Shown: piece by piece, positions 47,208 through 55,426 of the stretch
Position numbering within the stretch: the stretch's first letter is position 1
Layout of the letters: every line of letters starts with the position of its first letter
IMG/VR virus record: IMGVR_UViG_3300045996_000987
Reading direction: 5' to 3' (one strand)
Source: a virus
DNA length: 64,000 bases
The notes under the pieces: model-generated
Database searches by the model: none
Seen by the model: the letters and a program-made list of their open reading frames with translations, nothing else
Told to the model about the DNA's origin: nothing
Translations under genes and position numbers: made by a program

Positions 47208-47480
47208 CTACTCGGAAGGATCGACGTGGCCAAGCGCGACCACGTTGAGCGTGCACACGTCGCGATCGTCAAACTTCCCGTGCGGGTCGATCCGGGCGAT
47301 TTCGTGCTCGGGTTGCGTGAGGCAGTCGAGGAACGCCCGCGGCTCGGAGCCGTAGGTGAACGTGACCGCGAAGCGGCTGACGTCGGCGCGAGCGGCGAGC
47401 ATGCGACGGCCGTCGTGCTGGCCAAGGAAGAAAGCGGCGAAGGCAAGCAGAACGGCGGCGACGGTGGCGATGGCGCGCAT
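47208..47480 (-). CDS. Secreted small protein (signal peptide)
   Basis: MRAIATVAAVLLAFAAFFLG N-terminus. Confidence 0.4.
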   Translation of the reverse strand: MRAIATVAAVLLAFAAFFLGQHDGRRMLAARADVSRFAVTFTYGSEPRAFLDCLTQPEHEIARIDPHGKFDDRDVCTLNVVALGHVDPSE

Positions 47481-47689
47481 GGGACGGACTCCGGAACATG
47501 GTGGACGTTACTGGCCAGTAAGGGACGGCCCTACGGTACTGCAACGTGCGCCGTGCCTGCGAAAGCACGCGGGCGGCACCCCTGCCTTACTGGCCAGTAA
47601 TGCCGCCCGAACCGATGCGCACTGCCGTTCGACTACACTGGCGGACGGGCGCGCACGTCTCGTGCGCGTCCGGCCGGCAGTCACCACAC

Positions 47690-48403
47690 TTACGCGACCG
47701 GCATGGCAGCGACGTTCTTGCCGACCGACGTCAGGACCGCGAGAATGTCCTTGGGAGCCATGCCGTCGCGCACGCCAGCCTTGACCGCATCGGCGAAGAT
47801 CGCCGCCATCTTCACGGCGTCCATCTTGCCCGTCGTGTCCACGGCCGGCGCGTCGGTCGCGGGCGCGTCCACCGTGCCGCCCTTGCCACCCTTGCGCGAC
47901 GGCGCCGCGGCGGCCCATCCCTGCTCGATGGCGTAGAAGCTGCCGACGTTGCCCGTGAAGAAACCGACCGCGGTCGCACTGCCGTTCATGGCGTCGCGGA
48001 CGGCGCGCGTCACCTTGCTGTACCGGACGGTGAGCGAACGGTAGGCGGTCACGACGGCCGCCATGCTCTCCGGGAACGTGTCGCACGCGTTGGCGTCGAA
48101 CCGATCTTCATCGCTCGCGAACGCGTCCCACATCTTGCGCTCGGCCGGCGACAGCTTGGCCAGCAACCCCGCCCGGAGCGCGTCCACCACGGCCGCCCGG
48201 AAGCCGTCCAGCATCTTGCGCTCGCTCCACGTCGCGAGCCCCGCGGCGACGGCCGCGATGTAGAAGGACCGGGCCACGTTGTCCATCTTGCGCCCGGCCG
48301 ACCGGCCCAACGTCGCGATGTCGAGGTTGTCCGCGATGGCGCCCGTGATGAACGCGGCGGCGATGGCGAACGTGACGTTGGCGTTGCTCGTGGTCTTCGA
48401 CAT
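47690..48403 (-). CDS. Hypothetical Ala-rich protein; first gene of the leftward block
   Basis: Start refined to MSKTTSNANV with AAAGGTGACCAAA-ATG upstream. Confidence 0.4.
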   Translation of the reverse strand: MSKTTSNANVTFAIAAAFITGAIADNLDIATLGRSAGRKMDNVARSFYIAAVAAGLATWSERKMLDGFRAAVVDALRAGLLAKLSPAERKMWDAFASDEDRFDANACDTFPESMAAVVTAYRSLTVRYSKVTRAVRDAMNGSATAVGFFTGNVGSFYAIEQGWAAAAPSRKGGKGGTVDAPATDAPAVDTTGKMDAVKMAAIFADAVKAGVRDGMAPKDILAVLTSVGKNVAAMPVA

Positions 48404-48445
48404 TTTGGTCACCTTTGGAAACTGGGTTGAACAGTCGCAAGGCAT

Positions 48446-49800
48446 TCGCTTGCGACACTGGCGCGCATCGCTCCGAAACGATGCGGAACCTTGCTGCCGT
48501 TACTGGCCAGTAAGGACCGAACCTATCGCGCCGTGACGGTCGCCCGTCACTTGGCATGCGTTCCACAATCCCGGCCCGACGCAATCCCTTGTGTTGAGAC
48601 TGCCGGAATCACTGGCGAATTCCCCGTGTCACGCCCTGTCACGGCCCGGATTCATCGCCCGATATTCCACCGCTCTTGCTTCCCGCATACTTGGCCCCAT
48701 GGCGTCCGGCCGTCGCGACGTTTCACAACGTTGCCCGGATTGCGTCCGCCATTGCCTAGACCGCATTCCCCGCGATGCACTCGGCTCGCTCTTGCGGTCA
48801 CTCGCTCCACCCGGCGCCATTCTGGCGAACCTTCCGCCCGCAACCCGCGGGTTGCGTTTGAACCTCTGGCACCTTGCCCGTTTCCCTTCCCGCCCTTTGG
48901 GGTCCACCGTCCGGTCGCATCCTTTCGGGATTCCATCCCCGGCCCCATCGGGCACGGTGGCGGAATCCGTTTCGGCGCTCCGGCGGGGCCGCTTCCCGAT
49001 CCGGGGAAGCGGCACGCCCCATTGGCGCGGTGTGCCTTTCGGCACTATGTCAATCAGCATGTGGTCCGGGGCCGATACGTTGCGCATGCTTGCCGCTTGC
49101 CGCTTGTCGCGCGCCTATCGGAATGCCGTCCGCCATTCTGTGCCGTACCGTGCGCCACACGTTCGCTTGCCGCTTGCCGCTTGTCCGTGTGTCCTACGCA
49201 ACCCGCCCGCTTGCTCGTGCATCGGAGTTGCCGCCGGTACGTGCCGGTCTTCCTTACTGCCGGTAACGTTGCGTTACCGTATCCGACCCGCTTGTGTCGG
49301 TCGCGCCACGCGTTGCGCACCGGCCGGGTTGTCTTTTCTGCCCGCCGCTTTCCTTCCGACCCCTCCGCATAAGCCCTTTTACGAATGCGGCCATTTTCCC
49401 AAACCCCCCATTTGCACCGACTTACAGCGCTCGATTTGCCATGCGCAAAACGCGAATGCCCCCGGTTGCCCCCATCGTCCTCGAAGTAACTGAGGACATC
49501 ACGGGAGTAACCGGGGACAACGTGTAAGTACCCGAGAAGTACAGGCTTAAACTCAGTGAATCCGACGAAAACGACCCCTTACGCACCCCCTTCGCGTACG
49601 TATGGGGTAGCTCTCGATCAACTCATGGCCATCTCTTCGCGCTTCCTATATAGGAAAAGACGGGATCGACGTTGGAGTAGGTGATGGGGGCCGAAAAGGG
49701 TGCGGGGCCGCTGAGGGCAGTGGGCCGAAAGTGTCCTATACGGCGTAATCGAGAGGTATCAGGTACCGAGTACCAAGTAACCGATCCTCAAGTAACCGCT
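48446..49800. promoter_or_regulatory. Non-coding divergent control region between the leftward and rightward gene blocks
   Basis: No credible ORF (only Arg/Pro-rich noise frames). Contains GCTTGCC direct repeats, hairpin CCGCTTCCCG...CGGGGAAGCGG, AT-rich palindrome TTCCTATATAGGAA (about 49641-49654), GGGCCGAAA(A)G direct repeats and promoter-like element A at 49732-49758. Confidence 0.5.
49732..49758 (+). promoter_or_regulatory. Promoter-like element TGTCCT-N13-GAGAGGTA, followed by two CAAGTAACC copies
   Basis: tgtcct(49732-37) and gagaggta(49751-58), then accaagtaacc...tcaagtaaccgctc-GTG. Confidence 0.45.
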
Positions 49801-49801
49801 C

Positions 49802-50746
49802 GTGCAGCTACAGGTCATTCAGGGCGCAGCCGTGCGCTTCTACAGCCGCATCACCCACGAGGGTGAGCATCACGTCTGGAACAACCCGAGATCCGCGCGC
49901 ACGACGCGCTTTGCCGCGCCCCACGACGGGCGGCAGCAGTTCGGTGAGCCGTCACGCCTCGCATGGATGCTGCACCACGGCTGCGAGGTACCGGCCGAGG
50001 ACGCGATCCGCCGAACCTGCGAGCATCCGCGGTGCGTAAACCCGCTCCACCTCGAACGGCAGTCCGTGCTGCACGCCCGGCGTGTCGAGCAACTGGCCAG
50101 CGAGCTACACGAGCGCCGGCAGAGCGAGGAACGAGAGCGCGTGGCACGGGCCGAGCGCGACCGGCGGGAGGACGCTGAGATCCGCGCGCTACGGGAGCGC
50201 GTGAAGCCACCGCCCTACATGGTGCAGGCCGCGACGCCGGAGGAACTACCGGCGCGTCGGGAGTGCCGACACTGCGGAGCGGACACCGAGCGCGCAAACC
50301 TGATTCAGTCGCGATCTAGCAAGACGGGGCTCTACCGTCAGATAGCGCAGTGTCGGCCGTGCGCGCGGGCCACGAACGCCGGATGGTACCGCCGGAGTAG
50401 CCAGTCGCCCGGCGGGCTCGTGAAGCGCGTCGTCTCCTCAGCACGGAAGCGGGCGCGGGATACCGGCATGGCCTTCGATCTCACCCACGAGTTCGTCGCG
50501 GAGCTATACCGGCGGCAAGGCGGGCGCTGCGCGCTGACCGACATCGCCTTCGAGTTCAACGATTTCAGGACGGGCTGGCAGAGCCACCCACACAACCCGT
50601 CCCTCGACCGGATCGACTCGAAGGGTGGGTACACGCAGGACAACGTGCGCTTCGTCCTGCTCGTCGTGAACGTGGCCCTCCGGGACTGGGGGCTCGAAGT
50701 CGTGCTCCCGGCCCTGCGGGCACTCACGAAGCGGCAGGTTGCCTAG
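49802..50746 (+). CDS. HNH endonuclease-like protein
   Basis: HHGCEVPAEDAIRRTCEHPRCVNPLHLE (HNH_3-like) and C-terminal CALTDIAF...SLDRIDSKGGYTQDNVRFVLLVVN nuclease-like segment; GTG start 6 nt after CAAGTAACC. Confidence 0.5.
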   Translation: MQLQVIQGAAVRFYSRITHEGEHHVWNNPRSARTTRFAAPHDGRQQFGEPSRLAWMLHHGCEVPAEDAIRRTCEHPRCVNPLHLERQSVLHARRVEQLASELHERRQSEERERVARAERDRREDAEIRALRERVKPPPYMVQAATPEELPARRECRHCGADTERANLIQSRSSKTGLYRQIAQCRPCARATNAGWYRRSSQSPGGLVKRVVSSARKRARDTGMAFDLTHEFVAELYRRQGGRCALTDIAFEFNDFRTGWQSHPHNPSLDRIDSKGGYTQDNVRFVLLVVNVALRDWGLEVVLPALRALTKRQVA

Positions 50747-50815
50747 CGGGCACGTCTGGCCCTTTCGCTAGACTCGATTAGGTTTTCGCCCTACATGCCT
50801 GTCAGGGAGTAACCG

Positions 50816-51283
50816 ATGGCCGAGAAACCGGGAGTCGTACGCGAGTGGACGCCGGGGCAGTTGTTCCGCGTATCCACGACCCTCTCCACGTTCGCCGCGG
50901 GGCTCGTGTGGGGAGGGGTGGTCGATCATCTGTGGGTCCGCCTCGGGCTCGTGCTCGCGGTGATGGTCGTCGCGGGCTTGCTCGGGTGGCTGGGGCAGCG
51001 CCGGGCGAAGGAGCGGACGCGCGAGCTTGGGGATGACGAGGAGGACGTCACCATCCTCGCGATGGCCGTCTCGCCCCAGTTCATCGACCGCGTGCAGCGG
51101 CTCGGGGAGAAGGCCGCGCACGAGGGGAGGCCCACCGTCGAGCCGCCGCACCTCATCTGCGCCTCGCTCGCCTTCATGGAGTGGGCGGTAGACCGCCAGA
51201 GCGAAGGGCTGCACATCGCGGCCGTCGCGGAGCTTCCGCCGGGTGCATGGCGGCCGTCCGAGCCGCGGGAGCCATGGCAGTGA
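50816..51283 (+). CDS. Membrane protein (2 TM helices)
   Basis: GGGAGTAACCG-ATG upstream; hydrophobic helices. Confidence 0.4.
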   Translation: MAEKPGVVREWTPGQLFRVSTTLSTFAAGLVWGGVVDHLWVRLGLVLAVMVVAGLLGWLGQRRAKERTRELGDDEEDVTILAMAVSPQFIDRVQRLGEKAAHEGRPTVEPPHLICASLAFMEWAVDRQSEGLHIAAVAELPPGAWRPSEPREPWQ

Positions 51284-51465
51284 ACGACGACGAGATCCGC
51301 TACGAGGTCTACCCGCCGGCCGGCTCGGGCACCCTCTACGCCGTCATCGCGATCCACCGCGCCTCGAAGATCTACGCCGCCGCCGCCGCGGAGGACGAGG
51401 ACGAGGCCAAGGCGACCGCAGCAAAAAGGCTCCGGCTGCTTGCGCCCCCGAAAACCCCTGATTAG
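51274..51465 (+). CDS. Hypothetical small protein
   Basis: Start MAVNDDEIRY with a GGGAG RBS; overlaps the upstream gene. Confidence 0.35.
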   Translation: MAVNDDEIRYEVYPPAGSGTLYAVIAIHRASKIYAAAAAEDEDEAKATAAKRLRLLAPPKTPD

Positions 51466-51613
51466 GCTCCCCCCGCGGCAACGGATTCGGCCCTGTTGTC
51501 GATGTGGCTTTCCTCGTAGGGCGAACACCGTTGGTAGCTGGGGCGTCCACTCCTACTACCAGCGGTGTTCGTGCGGGGAGCACTGGCCCGAGTATCCTGA
51601 GCGGAGAGTAGCC

Positions 51614-51871
51614 ATGCGCGCCAGCACGCCCACCGTGCTCGTAGACCCGCGCGAGATCTACCGCCGAGAGCGGAACTCCCCCACGCGCGAGGGCTCGCAC
51701 GATCGCCTCATGGCCGAGGCCCAGCGCCTCTTCGACGCCGCGCTCGCAGACGACAAGGCGAAGCGCGAGACGCAGAAGAAGGGCGGGCGCCCGAAGATGA
51801 AGCCGTTGAACACCGAGACGCGGCGCCGGGCGAAAAAAGTTTTGGAGCGAGCGACCGATTCTGTCCTATAG
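51614..51871 (+). CDS. Hypothetical basic protein
   Basis: Start MRASTPTV with a GGAGAG RBS; the 3' end overlaps promoter-like element B. Confidence 0.35.
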   Translation: MRASTPTVLVDPREIYRRERNSPTREGSHDRLMAEAQRLFDAALADDKAKRETQKKGGRPKMKPLNTETRRRAKKVLERATDSVL

Positions 51872-51888
51872 GGCGTAATCGAGAGGTA
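51862..51888 (+). promoter_or_regulatory. Promoter-like element TGTCCT-N13-GAGAGGTA(AGGGGTGTAAC)
   Basis: tgtcct(51862-67), gagaggta(51881-88). Confidence 0.45.
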
Positions 51889-51927
51889 AGGGGTGTAACT
51901 GACCGCCACCTCACGCTGACTCCTCCG

Positions 51928-52209
51928 ATGGCTCCCACTTTCGCTGTACCGCGTACCACGAACGCCCTGCTCTGGCAGACCTTCCGGGATCTCCAAGCGG
52001 AGTACGACGATTTCTCCGGGTGGGAAGTCGTGGAGGAGCGGGCGACGGGGAAGGTGAGTATCCGTGCGTATAGCCCGACGATGGGCGCCACGGTCTACGC
52101 GTTGGTCCTCAAGTACGACGACCATCCCGACGTCTGGTGCCGCCGGCTCCGCGCGCAGTTCAAGGAGTTCGCGCAACTGGCGGACGACCTCCACCGCTCC
52201 CACAAATGA
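51928..52209 (+). CDS. Hypothetical protein
   Basis: 93-aa ORF. Confidence 0.4.
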   Translation: MAPTFAVPRTTNALLWQTFRDLQAEYDDFSGWEVVEERATGKVSIRAYSPTMGATVYALVLKYDDHPDVWCRRLRAQFKEFAQLADDLHRSHK

Positions 52210-52391
52210 CCCTCACGCAGAAGTCGGCCCTCGTCGGCCGCACCATCGCCGCCGTAGAAGAGAAGCGCGAGAACATCATCGTCCTCCGCTTCACGGACGG
52301 GTCCGAAGCGCGCATCACGGCCTACGGGCTCAACTGCGCCGACATCGGGATTGCGTGCGAGGTGCGAGAACCGGAGCCGGCTTCGGCGTGA
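52206..52391 (+). CDS. Hypothetical small protein
   Basis: ATGA-coupled start MTLTQKS. Confidence 0.35.
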   Translation: MTLTQKSALVGRTIAAVEEKRENIIVLRFTDGSEARITAYGLNCADIGIACEVREPEPASA

Positions 52392-52648
52392 TCGACGTCA
52401 ACGGGCGGATCGGGGACGCACCGCCACCGTCGATGACCCTCGCGGAGTTCTGCGCCGCGTACACGGACGAGCACCGCAGGGAGTTGCACGAAGCGCTCGA
52501 AGCGCTGTGGCGAGAACGGACAGCAAAGCTCCGCGCGAGCGGAGTCGAGAAAGAGGCCGCGGAGTATGCAGCACACCTCGCGGGGGTAACCGGCAGGCAC
52601 GCTCTCCAGTTAATCAGCGCGATCCACGGAGAAACCTACAAGTGGTGA
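52388..52648 (+). CDS. Hypothetical protein (GTG start; ATG alternative at 52433)
   Basis: GTGA coupling. Confidence 0.3.
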   Translation: MIDVNGRIGDAPPPSMTLAEFCAAYTDEHRRELHEALEALWRERTAKLRASGVEKEAAEYAAHLAGVTGRHALQLISAIHGETYKW

Positions 52649-53025
52649 CGCAAGTAACCGCCCCCGAGCCCCGCGATCTCTCCGCGTGGGCACGCCAGAA
52701 GACGAACACCGAACTCGCCAGCGCGCTCGATCTCCTCGCCCGCGGCGCCCCGCAGCAGCCGGTGTTCGAGCAACAGGTGGCCATCCTACGGGAGAGCGCC
52801 CACCGCCTGCGCGAGAGCGTCGTAGACGAGCACTTCACGCTCACGATCGTCACCCCGGATGGCAGCACCGACGTCACGGTCGGCTCGCTGGAATCCGTGG
52901 CCAACTTCGAGCGCAGCTACAGTGGCGATGGCTACGCGGTCGTCCGCGCCGGACACCGCACGCTCGGTCGCGTCCCGCTTACTCCCGACGAGCAGCAGCG
53001 GCTCCGCGCGATGAGGGCCGACTGA
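52642..53025 (+). CDS. Hypothetical protein (GTG start)
   Basis: CAAGTAACC lies at codons 4-6. Confidence 0.3.
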   Translation: MVTQVTAPEPRDLSAWARQKTNTELASALDLLARGAPQQPVFEQQVAILRESAHRLRESVVDEHFTLTIVTPDGSTDVTVGSLESVANFERSYSGDGYAVVRAGHRTLGRVPLTPDEQQRLRAMRAD

Positions 53026-53210
53026 TGCCCCGCTACCTCTTCTCGTACCAAGGACGGCCCGCCTACCTGCCGCCGCGGTTCGTGGTCATCGACGCGCCGT
53101 CGCTCGAAGAGTGCGCGCCGATCGCGGAACCCCTGCGCCTGCGGTTCGAGGGGTACGCCGATGGGAGCGCGGTCGAATACAACGCGTGGCCCGAGTTGGT
53201 CGCGCACTGA
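53025..53210 (+). CDS. Hypothetical small protein
   Basis: TGATG-coupled start MPRYLF. Confidence 0.35.
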   Translation: MPRYLFSYQGRPAYLPPRFVVIDAPSLEECAPIAEPLRLRFEGYADGSAVEYNAWPELVAH

Positions 53211-53830
53211 TGCAGCCCTGCGAGTGCATCCCCGGCCCCACGGTCGTGCCCGAGCCCGCGACGTTCGCGCTCGTGGCGATCGGCCTCCTCTTGCTCGCCG
53301 TGCTCCACAAGCGGCGACGGCGGGTAGGGCTCGGGCTTCTCGCGGTGCTCACGTTCGCCCGCCCGGCCGAGGCGCAGTGCCCGTGCCCGCCGATCGTCCC
53401 GACGACGCCGGAGCTTCCGGCGCCCGTGGCCGATACGACAGGCTCACGCAACCGTGTTCCGTGGTGGCCGTTCCTCGCGCCCTTCCTCGTGCTGCCGTTC
53501 ATCGGCGGGGACGACGACGACGCGGAGATCGGGGCCGGCGAAGGCACCAGTAGCCCGCCCGCGGCGCCGGCTGCGCCGCTTTCGTTCTCCGACTTCCACG
53601 AGCGCACAGTGGCCGGCAGCGAGCCAGAACTGACACCGAGTGCGCGCGTGTTCCGGCAGCAGATGCACGCGGTCCCATCTCCGACCGCGCCCTCCGACGT
53701 GCACGAGCGGCCTACGGAGCGCATGGGCGTCGTACCACCGAAGACGGCCACGGTGCTGCCGTTCGCTCTCATGCTCGGGCTCGCGCTGTCGAGCGCGGGG
53801 CTCGCGCTCCTACGAAGGAAGAAGGCGTAG
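53210..53830 (+). CDS. Membrane-anchored Pro-rich protein with N-terminal PEP-TM-KRRRR segment and C-terminal TM plus RRKKA
   Basis: VPEPATFALVAIGLLLLAVLHKRRRR near the N-terminus; C-terminal VLPFALMLGLALSSAGLALLRRKKA. Confidence 0.4.
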   Translation: MQPCECIPGPTVVPEPATFALVAIGLLLLAVLHKRRRRVGLGLLAVLTFARPAEAQCPCPPIVPTTPELPAPVADTTGSRNRVPWWPFLAPFLVLPFIGGDDDDAEIGAGEGTSSPPAAPAAPLSFSDFHERTVAGSEPELTPSARVFRQQMHAVPSPTAPSDVHERPTERMGVVPPKTATVLPFALMLGLALSSAGLALLRRKKA

Positions 53831-53919
53831 CACGCTGTCCCAGTTACCGCCTACCGGGAGGTAATACGTGAAAGGCACACCGCATCGGGGTGCCACAACA
53901 CGGTGCCCCGGAGGGCGGG

Positions 53920-54186
53920 ATGGCGAAGAACGCGCTGGAAAACGCGGAAGCGGTACACAACCTGCTGCGACGCTTCGAGGACTTCATCGAGGAGAAGGCG
54001 CTGCGCGCGGAGTTCGAGCGCACGCTGGATGAGGAGGAGCTAGAGCACTACCGCAATACGTTCGATCACGTCGGTGAGCCGCCCAGCGATCTCGCAGATG
54101 CGTGGGGCGAGGACTACGACGACTACGAGGACGAGGAGGAAGCGGGCGGGCTGCCAGACGGATTCCGGTACGATGACGAAGACTGA
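53920..54186 (+). CDS. Hypothetical acidic protein
   Basis: GGAGGG RBS. Confidence 0.4.
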   Translation: MAKNALENAEAVHNLLRRFEDFIEEKALRAEFERTLDEEELEHYRNTFDHVGEPPSDLADAWGEDYDDYEDEEEAGGLPDGFRYDDED

Positions 54187-54637
54187 GTACGTCGTCGGCT
54201 TCGCCTACGACTCCGTTGGTCGTGTCGTCCTCATCCGGAAGACGCGGCCCACATGGCAGGCGGGGAAGCTCAACGGCGTCGGCGGGAAGATCGAAGCGCA
54301 CGAGACGGCGAAGCAGGCGATGGCCAGAGAGTTCGAGGAAGAGACGGGCGTGCAGACGCTCTCGACCGCGTGGCGTCACGTCGGTACGATGATCGGGGCC
54401 GCGTATGTTGTGCACATCCTTGCATTCGAGAGTGACACGATTACACTCGAAGTAGCGACAACGACGGACGAGCAAGTGGTGGTGCGCGACGGCCGGCGAC
54501 TGCCGGAAGACTGCCTCCCGAACGTGCCCTACCTCGTCGGCATGGCGATGGATCGCGACCTCACCGGGGCTCGCCTCGTGTACGGCCTGCCCGAGCCGGT
54601 GACGCAAGAAGAAAGGTGGAAGATTTCGGCAGCCTGA
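54173..54637 (+). CDS. NUDIX hydrolase
   Basis: Nudix box GGKIEAHETAKQAMAREFEEETGV (GGx5Ex7REUxEExGU). Confidence 0.75.
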   Translation: MTKTEYVVGFAYDSVGRVVLIRKTRPTWQAGKLNGVGGKIEAHETAKQAMAREFEEETGVQTLSTAWRHVGTMIGAAYVVHILAFESDTITLEVATTTDEQVVVRDGRRLPEDCLPNVPYLVGMAMDRDLTGARLVYGLPEPVTQEERWKISAA

Positions 54638-54647
54638 CCCCCGATTC

Positions 54648-54674
54648 TGTCCTGTAGGCGAAAATCGAGAGGTA
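54648..54674 (+). promoter_or_regulatory. Promoter-like element TGTCCT-N13-GAGAGGTA(AGGGGTGTAAG) upstream of the tRNA cluster
   Basis: tgtcct(54648-53), gagaggta(54667-74). Confidence 0.45.
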
Positions 54675-54757
54675 AGGGGTGTAAGCGAAGCGGTTCCTCG
54701 TTCCCGGCGAAAGCGAAAACGAGGTGGTGGAGGGTGACTGGCAGCAGTCGCCCCTAG

Positions 54758-54852
54758 TACGAGGTGGTGAACGGATAGCACCCGATTGCGCACCGCCCTT
54801 TGAGGGCGGGAAGGCGGGCGGCCCATGCGAGGTTCGAGTCCTCGCCCTCGTA
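54758..54852 (+). tRNA. Irregular tRNA-like gene (possible anticodon TTG; abnormal arm lengths)
   Basis: Acceptor TACGAGG/CCTCGTA, T-arm CGAGGTTCGAGTCCTCG, anticodon-like stem-loop CCGCC-CTTTGAG-GGCGG; the body is about 20 nt too long. Confidence 0.25.
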
Positions 54853-54865
54853 CGTGATGTGTGAT

Positions 54866-54945
54866 GGAACGCAGCGGTACGGCCGCCGTCAGTCCTCACC
54901 GGGCGATTGGCGCACGGCGGGAGGGTTCGACCCCCTCCCCGTTCC
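54866..54945 (+). tRNA. Irregular tRNA-like sequence (T-arm GAGGGTTCGACCCCCTC)
   Basis: T-loop consensus and partial acceptor pairing only. Confidence 0.2.
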
Positions 54946-54950
54946 CTTCG

Positions 54951-55024
54951 GTCCTTCTAGCTCAACTGGTTAGAGCAGCGGACTCTTAATCCGCAGGTTC
55001 TCGGTTCGATCCCGAGGGGGGACA
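54951..55024 (+). tRNA. tRNA-Lys(CTT): tRNA-Lys (anticodon CTT)
   Basis: Cloverleaf: acceptor GTCCTTC/GGGGGAC with two G-U pairs, D-arm GCTCAACTGGTTAGAGC, anticodon loop CTCTTAA, T-arm CTCGGTTCGATCCCGAG. Confidence 0.65.
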
Positions 55025-55166
55025 TAGGTACGGATGCAGTCGGGCCGCGGGAGTACAACATCGGGGGTGTGCGCAAGCACGAGTCGTTCCCCGTCAACGC
55101 TCCGGGTTCCGTAACTTCCGTACCGCTCGATCGAGTGGAAAGACCGGCGAAGACCCGGTACGGACA

Positions 55167-55200
55167 GGCTCCGTTCGTCTAGTCAGATAGGACGCCACTC
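55167..55200 (+). pseudogene. Diverged duplicate of the 5' half of tRNA-Glu (no 3' partner)
   Basis: GGCTCCGTTCGTCTAGTCAGATAGGACGCC shares CCGTTCGTCTA with tRNA-Glu at 55427; no complementary acceptor or T-arm follows. Confidence 0.3.
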
Positions 55201-55426
55201 ACGGCAGGTGTTGGTAGCAGGTGCGGGGCTCGCTTCATGGCGAAGCAATGCGAGGCCACAACCGTCCCGAGGCCCTAAGTTCCCACTGGTAGCTCAGTGG
55301 GCGACCTCCTTCTTAGGGTGTTCCCTCTACTCTTGGAGCGCGAACTAGGTCGCCACTGTGGTCGTAAGCGGGTAGCCTCGGAGTGTCTTGTCTTGGACAG
55401 CCCGCTCGTCGCAGGTGTCAGGTGAA

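Larger units (their letters stand above)
31520..49280. repeat. Array of at least 30 dispersed copies of the 16-bp palindrome CTTACTGGCCAGTAAG (variants TTACTGNNCAGTAA), in intergenic gaps
   Basis: Exact or near-exact copies at about 31528, 32906, 35041, 35058, 36781, 37826, 38487, 39162, 39898, 40588, 41168, 41761, 42319, 43082, 43487, 43802, 44549, 45026, 45462, 45970, 46225, 46272, 46580, 46713, 47104, 47161, 47507, 47587, 48503 and 49251. Confidence 0.8.

Noticed and set aside
46201-48560. CRISPR array
   Set aside because: The repeats are palindromes separated by protein-coding genes of 200-750 bp, not uniform short spacers; no cas genes.
48491-49493. Two roughly 300-aa plus-strand ORFs (48491..49372, 48591..49493)
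   Set aside because: Arg/Pro/Ala-rich low-complexity translations typical of spurious frames in high-GC DNA; no RBS or start-associated sequence; they overlap the repeat-rich control region.
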